Of a stretch of 64,000 nt of DNA, positions 19,317-29,589 are shown one piece after another; the first letter of the stretch is position 1; each line of letters begins with the position of its first letter. The notes under the pieces were generated by a model, which saw only the letters and a list, made by a program, of their open reading frames with translations, was not told the origin of the DNA and searched no databases. Location of the stretch: NCBI GenBank assembly GCA_965223265.1, contig OZ244999.1, positions 2,464,001 to 2,528,000 of the forward strand, written 5' to 3'. This DNA comes from Planctomycetota bacterium (GTDB taxonomy: Bacteria > Planctomycetota > UBA8108 > SXIK01). The position numbers and the translations under genes were made by a program.

Positions 19317-19847
19317 AGAATCGAGGATTCCGTACATGGTGACGGGGTCGGTTGGCGCGATTCTGTTCGGAGAGCCAAGACTGACCAACGACATGGACGT
19401 CGTCGTGGAGCTCTCGGCCGACGCCGCGGATCAACTGTGCCGCGCGTTTCCTCGCCAAGAGTTTTATCTCCCGCCTCGGGAAGCGATCTATGCGGAAATC
19501 GAAGCTCGCCAGCAATTCAACCTCATTCACGCCAAGAGCGGATCGAAGGTAGACTTCATCATCGAAAAGAACGGGCGTTTTCATTGGCTGAGTTCGCACG
19601 TCGCATCCGGGTGCCGTTTTCGGAGAAACTCGAAGCGAGCTCAGCGACACCGGAAGACATCATCCTTTCGAAACTGCAATCCTACGAGATCGGCAAGTCC
19701 GAAAAACACTTCGAGGACATTCGCGGCATTCTGCGTGTGTCGGGGGGCGAGCTGGACATGCGCTACCTGAGAGAGTGGTCCGAAGCGCTCGGGGTCTCGG
19801 AGGGTTTCCGACAACTCACGACTGACGAGTCGGAGGGGATTCGCTGA
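19273..19847 (+). pseudogene. Minimal nucleotidyltransferase-fold protein with a 1-nt frameshift near 19562
   Basis: YMVTGS...GEPRLTNDMDVVV...KVDFII in one frame; RKERAFS...TPEDIILSKL...DIRGIL in another. Confidence 0.75.
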
Positions 19848-20170
19848 CTTCTCCGGCCACTCAGATCTCACGTAGCAACAAGCGCCTCGCGGCGCGCCGC
19901 GAAGTGGAAACGCATGACGCTCGAATTTGACATCGCCGGTCTTTTTTTGATCTGTGACGATATTTTGCTGTCTAAGAGATCCTGAAATCTGGAGACGGCG
20001 GACGAAACCGAACCTCGGACGGAGTTGTGACAAGGCAGTGCGCCCGACCGTCTTCGCGAACAGACCACCTTCTGAGATGCACTTTGGACAGAATCGCGCG
20101 ACTGTCAGGTGCAGCTTTCGCTCCCACGGTCGATTCGAGAATCACAATACAACCGTGAAGGACTGTGGAC

Positions 20171-20590
20171 ATGCAAGAGAAGAGCGATGACCTCCGGAAG
20201 ATCCAGGAGGTGCTGGAATGGGTGCAGGAAAGTCTGAACGCGGTAGGGGCAGAGTACATAGATGTCAGCGGAGTGTGTTGTCAGGTGGGGTCGCCGACCT
20301 GGTGCGAGTCTGCTTCGGAGCGACAGCTTCGAGCTCAGCAAGAAATGCGGCTGTTCTGGGCCCTTGACGACGCCGGCGCAGTGCGTTCGTCACACCGCAG
20401 TCTGTCGGTCTTCCACGCCTGGGAAAGTCGCCTTGCTAAAGCGGGGTACGAGTGCACGAATGAACGCGTCGGCGATCGAGGCGTGCTGCATGTTTTCGTT
20501 CGCCAGACAACGGATGGCGAGGCCGGCAACCTGGACATCGTCCTTGACAAGGCAGCCGCGAGGATCGAGGCGCTCCTAACAGCGGGTTGA
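20171..20590 (+). CDS. Hypothetical protein
   Basis: ORF of about 140 aa with plausible composition; no motif recognised. Confidence 0.45.
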   Translation: MQEKSDDLRKIQEVLEWVQESLNAVGAEYIDVSGVCCQVGSPTWCESASERQLRAQQEMRLFWALDDAGAVRSSHRSLSVFHAWESRLAKAGYECTNERVGDRGVLHVFVRQTTDGEAGNLDIVLDKAAARIEALLTAG

Positions 20591-20936
20591 GAAAGCGCTT
20601 CGAGCCGAAAGCTGGTCTCTTCGCGTCCAGATCGGCCGCGGCGAACGTAGGTAATCTCTCCGAGCCCTTCTCTAGGATATACACGGCGAGCCTCGCCGCG
20701 GTCGAGCTGGGCGTGAAGAGGCCAGTTTCCTCGGCCGAATGACTTTTTCAGGCGGGCTGCTCACCGGACCGGATCGGTAGGTTCGGCAGCAGGGCATCCA
20801 ACACTTCCCCGGTGACCGCTACGCCGCGATGGACCAGGCAAGAAGGGCTGGCGACGGAGAGAGCGCGGGGCGAAGCGGAGAGCCGGAGGCCGACTTGACA
20901 AGACGAAATTGCGCACTGCCGTGCTAACATGCGCGC

Positions 20937-22178
20937 ATGATCCCACGAGCTCTGATCAAATCGACAACTGCTGTAGTCATTCTGGCAGCGGTTTCGGCTC
21001 TCCTCCTTTCCTGCCGCACGGATTTGAGCGAACAGGACCTTCCGAAATGGGAATCGGCTCTACTGATCGGTGATACCGACGAGCTGAGACGACTCGTCAA
21101 GAAGTCTCCTGCCCTTGCGCGCATTCCGCAAAGCATGAGCGGCAGTCGCGCGCTCCACGTCTTCGCGGCCCATGACGATGCGGACGGCATCAAGCTCTGC
21201 CTCGACGCGGGCGCAGACGTCAACAGTGCCGATGAGTGGGGGCGAACCCCGCTTTTCTTTGCGGTTGGGAACGGGATGCCAGAGACGATGGAGCTGTTGA
21301 TCTCGCGTGGCGCCGATTTGCGGATCCGTGACGTGGCTGGCGTGACGCCGCTGATGTGGGCTCCCGCGTGCGAGAAGGACGATGCCGTCGACGTCCTCCT
21401 CAAGCACATCTCGGCGCCCGACATCTTCGAAGAGATCGCGCTCGGGAGGAGGGAAAGAGTCGCCGCGCACCTGAAGAGCGACCCTCAGGCGGCCGAGTCT
21501 ACCCCTGGACCGAAGGACCCGAGGACCCCTCTTCATTTCGCGGTCCTCTTCAAGCGCTACGATGTCATCGAGCTCCTTCTAGCGCGCGGAGCCAGAGTCG
21601 CAGTCTGCGATCCAGCCGGAATGTCCCCTCTGCACACCGCAGTGTTCATCGATGCTCTGCCGGCGATCGAGATCCTTGTCCGAAGTGGAGCCGATCTGGA
21701 TCAGATATGCCTGGACGGCCGTGGTGGGTTGACCCCACTCGCAGTCGCCATTTCGAGCTCGCAGCAAGAGTGCGCCAAGTTGCTCTTGGAGCTCGGCGCC
21801 AATCCGGAAGTCGGCGGCCGATCGGGCATGTCGCCTCTACACTTCGCCGCGATGAAGGAAGATCCGGTGTGGGTGGAGTTGCTTCTCGCTCAAGGCGTGG
21901 ACCCGAACCTCCAGGACAGTGTCGGTAATACACCGCTTCATAGTGCGGTTGACGCGACAACACCGTCAGCAGCGACGATGAAAGCGCTGATCGCCTCCGG
22001 CGCTAACGTGACCGCTCGGAACAAGGCTGGAAAAACGCCGGCGGAGACCTTGCATGAGGTGCTGCAAGCTGACCTTGATCGCGCTGACGACGAAGACCTG
22101 GACGCGTACGACGAGAAGTGGAACAAGGCCCGGCAGGAGATCCTCAAGTTTCTTCAGGAGCACACGGACGAGCCATGA
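20937..22178 (+). CDS. Ankyrin-repeat lipoprotein
   Basis: Lipobox LLSC; many G.TPLH.A ankyrin repeats. Confidence 0.9.
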   Translation: MIPRALIKSTTAVVILAAVSALLLSCRTDLSEQDLPKWESALLIGDTDELRRLVKKSPALARIPQSMSGSRALHVFAAHDDADGIKLCLDAGADVNSADEWGRTPLFFAVGNGMPETMELLISRGADLRIRDVAGVTPLMWAPACEKDDAVDVLLKHISAPDIFEEIALGRRERVAAHLKSDPQAAESTPGPKDPRTPLHFAVLFKRYDVIELLLARGARVAVCDPAGMSPLHTAVFIDALPAIEILVRSGADLDQICLDGRGGLTPLAVAISSSQQECAKLLLELGANPEVGGRSGMSPLHFAAMKEDPVWVELLLAQGVDPNLQDSVGNTPLHSAVDATTPSAATMKALIASGANVTARNKAGKTPAETLHEVLQADLDRADDEDLDAYDEKWNKARQEILKFLQEHTDEP

Positions 22179-22233
22179 CGCTCACGTTTAGCCTGCGTGA
22201 AAAGTACACGATGGCAAGCTCCTCGTCGTCTTC

Positions 22234-22500
22234 GGAAACCCGTCCCAGGTTCGTTTTCAGTGTTGGGACGCCTGTCCCAGGGTAGTTTTTCGCGGGAAGA
22301 CCCGCCCCAGGTTCATTTGGGAAACCGGAAACCCGTCCCAGGTTCGTTTTCCGGGACGCCTGTCCCAGGGTCGTTTTTTCGCGGCGGAAAACCCGTCCCA
22401 GGTTCATTTTTCGGGGGCCGGTGTGTCGTCGGGAAGACCCGCCCCAGGTTCATTTCACGACGCGGAAAACCCGTCCCGGAAGACCCGTCCCAGGTCCATC
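22234..22500 (-). repeat. Cluster of about 8 (plus 1 partial) REP-like cores between convergent genes
   Basis: Units such as AAACCCGTCCCAGGTTCGTTTT, the reverse complement of the RAYT-array core, with variable spacers. Confidence 0.85.
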
Positions 22501-22701
22501 TTCCGGGGCGGGTGTGTCGTCGGCGAAGACGTCCGATTCTCATGGCGCTCGCGTTTGGCGCGCCGAGTCGACGCACTCAGGTCGTAGGGGTGGCGCCGGG
22601 CTTCGACGAGTTCCTTTTGGTAGGATTGACCTGGGGACCGGGCTCGGGCTCCGTGCGTTTTCAGACCGGGGGCCGGGCTCGGGTGTGGCCCGTTCGAAAA
22701 C

Positions 22702-23829
22702 TCAGAACGTCAGGACGCGCTTTGGGTTGTCGACGAGCATGTTGCGGACCTGTGCCCGCGAGACGCCGACTTTTCCGAGGGATTCGACGAGTTGAGTTGT
22801 GATCGTCGTGTAGTGGGAATCGGAGCTCTTCCAGTTCTCCGGCTTCTTCTCACCTTCGCTGAAGTCCGCGTAGAAGTACGGCACGTTGTCGTGGCTGACG
22901 AGGATCTGTTCAACGAAGCCGTGGTCGATGAGGTCCTTAATCTGACGCGCTTGGCTGTCACACGTGTACCTCCCGTGACCAACACGGTCATACTGCACGC
23001 TGACACCGAGATCGGCCAGCCGGCGGTGATACTCCAGCGCCTCGTCGTTCTCGCGGTCGTCCTTGTATCCCTGGTGCCCGATGATGATCTTCTCGGGCTG
23101 CGCGCCGTTCTTCAGCAGAAACTTCGCTTGCTCGAGACCGCCTCCGTCCGTCGTATGCGTGGTAATAGGGCAGCCCGTCTCTTTGCTGGCGATGGCAGCC
23201 GCCGCGTGGATCACACGCTCGCTGGGTCGCAGATAGGTGCTCGTTCCAATCTTGATGATGCCCGCTTTGATGCCGGTGAAGCGCTCTCCCCACTTGCCAG
23301 ATGGATCCTCCATGCCCGAGTCGATCTCGCGTAGGAACAGCTCCGCCATCTTTCGAGTCCCGCCCTTCTCAACGCTAAGGCGAACCGCCCAGGGGTGCTG
23401 CGGTGCCAGCGCCTCGCACCAGAAGCCGGTCGACGCGATGATGTGGACCTTGGTTCGCTTGGCGAGAGCGACCAGCAATCGTGGATAGCGGCCGACTCGG
23501 ATAGGAGTGGTCTCGACGATGGCGCCCGGGCCGTCGTCGTTCGCGAGGGTCTCATGGAACGCGTCCAGGAGCTTCGTCGTCCTCTCGAGCATTCTTTCTC
23601 GCACGGGCGCGATGGGCGCTGGCGGGGTCTCGTACAGCTCGGACCAATCCACGACTGGCGCGTGTTCGTGCATCAGGCAGGCGCCGAGCTGGGCGGGATC
23701 GATGGGGCCGAGCACAGTGTGGATCAAGCCCCGTCGGCCAGCAGCAGTCGAGTCTCCGAGCACGGCGGTTCCCAAGGCGGCCGAGAGAGTGCCCGAGGCG
23801 GAGTACTTCAGGAAGGTGCGACGGTTCAT
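22702..23829 (-). CDS. Tat-exported phosphotriesterase-family amidohydrolase
   Basis: NRRTFLK signal; LMHEH, GIIKIG, ITTHT, IIGH and LVSHD metal-binding motifs. Confidence 0.88.
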   Translation of the reverse strand: MNRRTFLKYSASGTLSAALGTAVLGDSTAAGRRGLIHTVLGPIDPAQLGACLMHEHAPVVDWSELYETPPAPIAPVRERMLERTTKLLDAFHETLANDDGPGAIVETTPIRVGRYPRLLVALAKRTKVHIIASTGFWCEALAPQHPWAVRLSVEKGGTRKMAELFLREIDSGMEDPSGKWGERFTGIKAGIIKIGTSTYLRPSERVIHAAAAIASKETGCPITTHTTDGGGLEQAKFLLKNGAQPEKIIIGHQGYKDDRENDEALEYHRRLADLGVSVQYDRVGHGRYTCDSQARQIKDLIDHGFVEQILVSHDNVPYFYADFSEGEKKPENWKSSDSHYTTITTQLVESLGKVGVSRAQVRNMLVDNPKRVLTF

Positions 23830-24164
23830 CAACGCGAATTGTCCTCGATCATCACCCTCGATGCAATTCTCCGTCGTCTCAGGAAGTCGAAGGACTTGTT
23901 TGAGTTCGCGAAGCGGATTCTCGACAAGGTATCCTGGTCCACCGCCCAGCCGAATTGAGAAGTGCTAGCTAATGGACAAAGACCTTATCTAGGCACTGGA
24001 AACAGCCTATGAGGAGTGTTTCCTAAACGACGCCTTTCCACGGATGAAAAACGTTCGCCTCGCGGCGAATTGCCGTCACAGGCAATTGCGTCTCGCGCGG
24101 AGGCGGAAGTTCACGCGCCTTCGGCTCGGCGATAGCAAGCTGCCTCACCCAGCTTCACTTCCCC

Positions 24165-26375
24165 TCACCGCATCGAATGCGTCCACTGCACCTCGACCTC
24201 CGGGCGATGGCGGCGGCGCCAGAGCTCGAGCAGCGACTTCATGAGCGTGTCCGCGCCGCTGATGCTCTCGTAGTGGCGGTACCTCGGCGTTGCTGCCGGC
24301 AGTGGGCCGTCGCGCAGGAACAGGTGGATCGACCTGCGGGCGAAGTGGTCGGCGCGGTCGAGGTAGCGCTCGTCTCCAGTCAAGTCCGCCGCGACCATGA
24401 GAAGCGCCATCACCTCGCCCATCGTGACTGGGTGGAGCCCCTCGGGTCGATCCGGCTCGCCGATGAGGTAGCGCGCCGCCGCGTCGAGCACCAACTTCCT
24501 GAGCCCCGCGTGCGGCACCTGGCGGTAGCGCGTGTAACACAACAGAGCGATCGGTGCGTCGCTCGGGCTTCCATAGCTCGTCGCCCACATGTCGCTCATG
24601 GTTGGCCTGTCTGTGGCGTGCTCGTCTAACGTCGAGGTGTCGCCGCGGCAGAGAAACCCGCGGCCCGACGGCGAGAGGTCATGCTTGGCGTCGAGGAAGA
24701 TCGCATCCGATGCCAACGCTCGCTCCCGCATCCGGTCGCGCAGCCGCGGCGGCAGATTCTCCGATCCGTCCCACAGATCGACTGCCAGCGACAGATTGCT
24801 GTTCGGCCATAGGATCGACCGACTCGTTGCGGACCAGCAGCACGGGATCGCGCCCGTCACCGGATGCGCCGTGCGCTCGAAGTGTCCCAGCACCGTCTCA
24901 ATCGCCCGTAGAAAGACCTCATCCCCGGTCCTTTCGTAGGCCTCCGCCCACGTCGCAATGTAAAACCCACCGTGGCGCGGAAAGCCGCTGCCGACGCCCG
25001 TCTCGTGCCAGCTGTACCCGGCGTGTCTCGAGAAGTCGCCCGTCTCATGATCGCCGACCTGATGCTCCCACAGTCCGCGCGCAAAGCGTGTACACGCCTC
25101 CGCCGCCAAGTCGAACGAGCGTTCCCACAGCACCCACGGCTCCGCGAACTCATGGATCGGATTCTTCTCGCTGCGACTCGACTTCGCGCCCTCGGTGAAG
25201 AAATCCCACCCGATGTGTTCACCCCATGCCAGGAGCCCGGTCTCGGGACTCTGACAGTTATTGAAGAACCACTCGAGCGTCCGGTCGGCCTCCGCAGCGT
25301 ATCGTTTCTCTCCGGTCAGCTTCGTCAGCGCGTAGAGCACCTGGAAGAGATCCTGGTCGTGCATGACGTTTGAGCCGCTGAAGCAGCGATCGCCGTTGCG
25401 AATGCCCCAGTTCTCCCAATCGGCCAACCGGACCTGAAAGAGCATACGCTGACCGGCTTCGTCGAACGGTTTGAGTGTTCTGCGATCCAGCGTCACCCCG
25501 AAAAGCGGCGAGTGTTCGGTCCCGTACGTGTCGCGGCAATGCTCGATGAGCGTGTCCGCATAGCGTTTGACCAATTCCAGGTAGTCGTAGCCGACGACGT
25601 CGTCACCGAGAAGCGCGGCGAGCGTCGGCTCGATCGATTCCGCCCAGATTTCATAGCCCTTCCCAGAGAGGTGCAAAAAGTCCGGCATGATCTCCTTCGC
25701 GAGTGAACCGTCGGCCGAGACGAAGTTGTGCCCGATCGGGAGGAAGTGCACGAACGCTCCATCGACGAGTCTCCTGAGCGCCTGATTCACTTGGAGGATT
25801 TGTCCGCGCACTTCGTTGAACTGCTCGCCGCGCGGGAAGATGTCGAGGAGGAGTATTTTCGTGCGTGGCAACTTCTCGCGCAGCTTTTTGACCACCGCAG
25901 TGATGCCATCCACGATCTCCGCCGCCGTGTTGCGTTTGCCCGAGTTGTTGGTGCCAATCATGATGACCGCCACCTTGGGTCGGATGCCGTCGACGTTGCC
26001 GTTGTCCAAACGCCACAAAACGTGCTGCGTGCGATCGCCACCGATACCGAGATTGACGGCACTCCGATGTCCGTAGTAGCGCGCCCAAACGTCCTTGCCT
26101 TCACCCTCCCAGCCGTGGGTGATCGAGTCGCCGATGAAAATCAGATCGACGTTCCCTTCCTTGACGCGCGCGTTGAATGTCTTGTGGCGCTCGAGCCAGC
26201 TGCCTTCCCGTGGTACGGGCGTGACAGCTGAGTGGGTGGGCGCGGCGTCGCCTCTGGCAGCGTCGGCGTGCAGCAGCGACTTCGGGAGCAGAATCCAGGC
26301 AGTCGCGCAGGTAGCGGCAACAGCGAAGCAGGCGAAAGGCGAGCGGGGCGAGCGGAGTGTCAGAGTCATCTTCAT
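24165..26375 (-). CDS. Exported SGNH/GDSL esterase fused to a predicted alpha/alpha-toroid domain
   Basis: FIGDSIT, GIGGD, IGTNN and DFLH SGNH blocks, then a helical domain of about 470 aa (RDTYG...WGEH...FPRHGG). Confidence 0.8.
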   Translation of the reverse strand: MKMTLTLRSPRSPFACFAVAATCATAWILLPKSLLHADAARGDAAPTHSAVTPVPREGSWLERHKTFNARVKEGNVDLIFIGDSITHGWEGEGKDVWARYYGHRSAVNLGIGGDRTQHVLWRLDNGNVDGIRPKVAVIMIGTNNSGKRNTAAEIVDGITAVVKKLREKLPRTKILLLDIFPRGEQFNEVRGQILQVNQALRRLVDGAFVHFLPIGHNFVSADGSLAKEIMPDFLHLSGKGYEIWAESIEPTLAALLGDDVVGYDYLELVKRYADTLIEHCRDTYGTEHSPLFGVTLDRRTLKPFDEAGQRMLFQVRLADWENWGIRNGDRCFSGSNVMHDQDLFQVLYALTKLTGEKRYAAEADRTLEWFFNNCQSPETGLLAWGEHIGWDFFTEGAKSSRSEKNPIHEFAEPWVLWERSFDLAAEACTRFARGLWEHQVGDHETGDFSRHAGYSWHETGVGSGFPRHGGFYIATWAEAYERTGDEVFLRAIETVLGHFERTAHPVTGAIPCCWSATSRSILWPNSNLSLAVDLWDGSENLPPRLRDRMRERALASDAIFLDAKHDLSPSGRGFLCRGDTSTLDEHATDRPTMSDMWATSYGSPSDAPIALLCYTRYRQVPHAGLRKLVLDAAARYLIGEPDRPEGLHPVTMGEVMALLMVAADLTGDERYLDRADHFARRSIHLFLRDGPLPAATPRYRHYESISGADTLMKSLLELWRRRHRPEVEVQWTHSMR

Positions 26376-26986
26376 CCTCGGGATGGATTGACGGGCTGGC
26401 GCTGCGCGGCCGCCGACACGGCAGCGCCGCGCAGCGAGAGAATTGAAGTTGTCCAAAATGAAGAAGCTGGAGCGTCCTCGTTCGGCGGCGAACTTGAGCG
26501 CGCGGAGGGGCTCTGGGCGGAAGAACGAAACTAACCGACGCGGCCTGCATTGACCACCTCTTCCGAACGGCGTCTTCGATCGCCAGCGTCGCACTCCGCC
26601 GCAGTGCGGTCACGCGCAGGCCGCTCAACCCGTCCACGCACCTTCCGAGCCGAACTTCGCGTTTGACCCTTGGTCCCAGAGTGCTTCTACGGTTATATGA
26701 GGCGTTTGGCAGCGCGCCGATCCCGTAGGCGCAACGGACTTTGCCACGAGAGGTGATCAGGTTGGTGGCGCAAGCGATCTCAAGGTGCGGCCCTCTCGCC
26801 GCACGTGACGCGGCGGCGAACGTCTACCGGGTACGGAATGTTTGAGGAGGCGATGGAGTCCGCTGCAAGCTTGACGCGCCGCGGGTCGTTGATTCGAGCG
26901 GCGCGCCGATGTCGCAGCGTAGCGCTGCCACGCGGCCGCGATCATATTTGTCGCGCCTCCCGAGGACCGTGCGGACAGGGGAAGCG

Positions 26987-28555
26987 ATGAACGATAGCCA
27001 TCCCACCAGCAAGCGCTGGCGCGGCCTTCGCGATCTCCGCGTCATCGTCGCACTGACGAGCGTCGCGTTTTCGCTCTGGTCGATCGTTCAGGATCCGGTC
27101 ATCAACGTCGACGGGACGCTGTACATTCAGGCAGCCGCTCGCTTCGCAGCTGGCGATTGGGGGGCGGGGTTCGCGCTCTATAACTGGCCGTTTTATTCGC
27201 TCGTGATCGCTGCCATCAGCACGATGACCGGCTTCGGCCTCGAGGCCAGCGCGCACGTGCTGAACACACTCTCCTTTGTCGCCATCTGCGTTACTTTTGT
27301 GACGATCATCCAGCGACTCGGCGGCGACAGAAAAGTCATGATCGCTGCGGCGCTGCTCATACTCTTCTATTCCCACCTCAACGAACAGCGCTCGTCCGTC
27401 ATTCGTGATCCGAGCTATCTCGCCTTCTATCTCCTGGCCGTGCTCCTGTTTCTTCAGTATCAACGCACACCCACCTGGCCTCGCGCTGTCGGTTGGGGTT
27501 TGGCAATGGGGGTCGCGACGCTCTTTCGTATGGAGGGGGTCGTCCTTCTCGTCCTCCTGCCGCTTGTCCTCTTCATCGACGGGTCTCGCACCTTCGGCGT
27601 GCGCTGCAGGGTTTTTCTCAAAGCGCACGTGGTGTTGGTCGCGCTCTGCTGCGGACTTCTTGTGCTTCGGTTGGTCGCCTCGGATTCCGACGCGTGGAAA
27701 TCAATCGCCGGAAGTCGGCTTGGGGAGCTCGACGTGCTCCTCGGCGCGTTTCGCCGCATTGTGACGCAGACGCTTCCGCATCGCGCGGACGTTTTGGCAA
27801 CCACGCTACTCGACGGCTTTTCAGCTCCCTACGCTCCTGCGGTGATCGTCATCACCATGGGGGTGATCGTTTTCTGGGAGAGCCTTTCCGTCCTCACCGA
27901 GCTGAATGCTCTGCTCGTGGTTTTGGCGATCGTGCTCTGCCGTGGGCTGTTCGGTGATCGACGGGCGCGATGGATGTGGATCACCTGCATCTTCCTGAAC
28001 GTTCTCATCCTGATCTTTATCGTTGTGATCAACTTTCACCTGACGGGGCGCAGTGGGTTCGCCCTGGCGCTGACACTTCTTGTGGCTGCGCCGTTCGGTC
28101 TTGCAAAGCTGTACGAGGATTGGATCGCTCACCGTCGCGACAGGAGGCTGCGCGCGCTGTGGTTTCCTGTCATCTGCATCTGGCTCGCCATCGCTGCGTG
28201 TGACGGTCTCGTGTCGTTCGGGCCCGGCAAGAATCACATCCGGCAGGCGGGACTCTGGGTGCGCCAGAACGTTCCCGAGGCGGCGCGATTCTTCACGAAC
28301 AACTCCTTGGTCGCGCACTACGCCGAGCGAGAATTCCACCGACTTCCTGTCAAGGATGCACGAGAGTCGGCGCTCTCGATCATCCGCAGCGGTGAGTGGA
28401 AACGCTACGAAACCTTTGCGATTCGCATCCGCAGGAGAGACGAGCGTCTCGAGTCGATCTATCGCGACGCACTGCGGCGCGAGCCAGTGCAGGTTTTCCG
28501 CAACGGAGCCGGCGATCGCGTCGCCATCTTTCAGGCGCGCGGTGCGTCTCGCTGA
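26987..28555 (+). CDS. Multi-pass membrane GT-C (ArnT/PMT-like) glycosyltransferase
   Basis: INVDGTLY loop, WPFYS, IRD and FRMEG motifs, many TM helices. Confidence 0.7.
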   Translation: MNDSHPTSKRWRGLRDLRVIVALTSVAFSLWSIVQDPVINVDGTLYIQAAARFAAGDWGAGFALYNWPFYSLVIAAISTMTGFGLEASAHVLNTLSFVAICVTFVTIIQRLGGDRKVMIAAALLILFYSHLNEQRSSVIRDPSYLAFYLLAVLLFLQYQRTPTWPRAVGWGLAMGVATLFRMEGVVLLVLLPLVLFIDGSRTFGVRCRVFLKAHVVLVALCCGLLVLRLVASDSDAWKSIAGSRLGELDVLLGAFRRIVTQTLPHRADVLATTLLDGFSAPYAPAVIVITMGVIVFWESLSVLTELNALLVVLAIVLCRGLFGDRRARWMWITCIFLNVLILIFIVVINFHLTGRSGFALALTLLVAAPFGLAKLYEDWIAHRRDRRLRALWFPVICIWLAIAACDGLVSFGPGKNHIRQAGLWVRQNVPEAARFFTNNSLVAHYAEREFHRLPVKDARESALSIIRSGEWKRYETFAIRIRRRDERLESIYRDALRREPVQVFRNGAGDRVAIFQARGASR

Positions 28556-28686
28556 TCACTGCGCTGCGGTCTGCGATTCTTGATTTCATCCTGCAGCTTG
28601 ATATAAAGAGAGCCTCTGTCTTGGTTTGACGTCTGCGGGAGCCTTGGCCGCGTGTTGCGGCCGAATTCTGCAGCCGCGTCACGGGT

Positions 28687-29565
28687 GTGAGAGCTCGGGA
28701 GGATCCACTGGAGTTCATAGATTTTCTGCGCGTCGTCTGGCGCCAGCGACTCCTCATCATCGTCGGCCTGTTGGTCTGCGGCGGACTGGGTGCCGTGGTG
28801 GGGCTGTGCCTACCGAAGGTCTATGCAACCAGCTTCAACCTTCTCAACGGCAAGGTCTGGGAGAAGCCGATCGGCAACGTCTACCGAGTTGCCGAAATCA
28901 TCAACGGCGAACCCTTCCTCGACGCTGTCCGGGCGCGAGCTTCGCTTCCTAAGAGCGCTCGCCGTCTGAAGGCTGACGGCGACATCGTCGCCAGAGCCAT
29001 CGAGGGGAGAAAGACACCCGGGGGCGATCCTGCCGTTCTTGTGCGTGTTGTCTCGCGTGGGAGTTCTCCGGAGGAGGCGCTGAAGGCTGCCAACGCCGTC
29101 GCCGACCTGATCATCGAAGATCACAAGGGGCGCTACGATCAGATTCTTGCCGAGTATTCTCGTTACCAAACGGAGATTGAGGCGCAGGTGGCGGCGATCG
29201 AGCGAGAGATCGAGCAGCTGTCGAGCGATGTCAAGCAGCAGCGCACGGGACCTGACGTCAAAGCGCCGGCGGTGATTCTTCTGCAGGCGCAGCTCGAGCA
29301 GAAGCATACGCAACTGCTCGCGTTTCTTCGTGAGCTTCGCAACGTCAAGCTCAACAACACGTGTCGAGAGTTCACCGAGAACACCTCCGTGCTCTATCCG
29401 CCAGTTCGTCCTGTGGAGCCAGTCAACCTCAAGGTGGCGCAGACGACGGTGATCGGCGTTGTCGCCGGGTTCGTTCCGGTGTTGCTGCTGGCCTTTCTCG
29501 TCAACTACATCAAGACTGCGCCGCGAGACGATCAGCCTGAACCGCGACACGCCGCAAGTTCTTGA
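28687..29565 (+). CDS. wzz: Wzz-like polysaccharide chain-length determinant
   Basis: N-terminal TM plus PKVY, coiled coil, Pro-rich motif before a C-terminal TM. Confidence 0.75.
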   Translation: MRAREDPLEFIDFLRVVWRQRLLIIVGLLVCGGLGAVVGLCLPKVYATSFNLLNGKVWEKPIGNVYRVAEIINGEPFLDAVRARASLPKSARRLKADGDIVARAIEGRKTPGGDPAVLVRVVSRGSSPEEALKAANAVADLIIEDHKGRYDQILAEYSRYQTEIEAQVAAIEREIEQLSSDVKQQRTGPDVKAPAVILLQAQLEQKHTQLLAFLRELRNVKLNNTCREFTENTSVLYPPVRPVEPVNLKVAQTTVIGVVAGFVPVLLLAFLVNYIKTAPRDDQPEPRHAASS

Positions 29566-29589
29566 CGAACCGCGCCGGAGCCGGGCCGC

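Noticed and set aside
22144-22802. ORFs across the 22-kb repeat cluster
   Set aside because: Translations of the repeat (KPVPGSF) in a gap between convergent genes.
26600-26980. Riboswitch, ncRNA or JUMPstart/ops leader before the polysaccharide genes
   Set aside because: GC-rich stems are possible but I recognise no consensus; an Rfam/Infernal scan would be needed.
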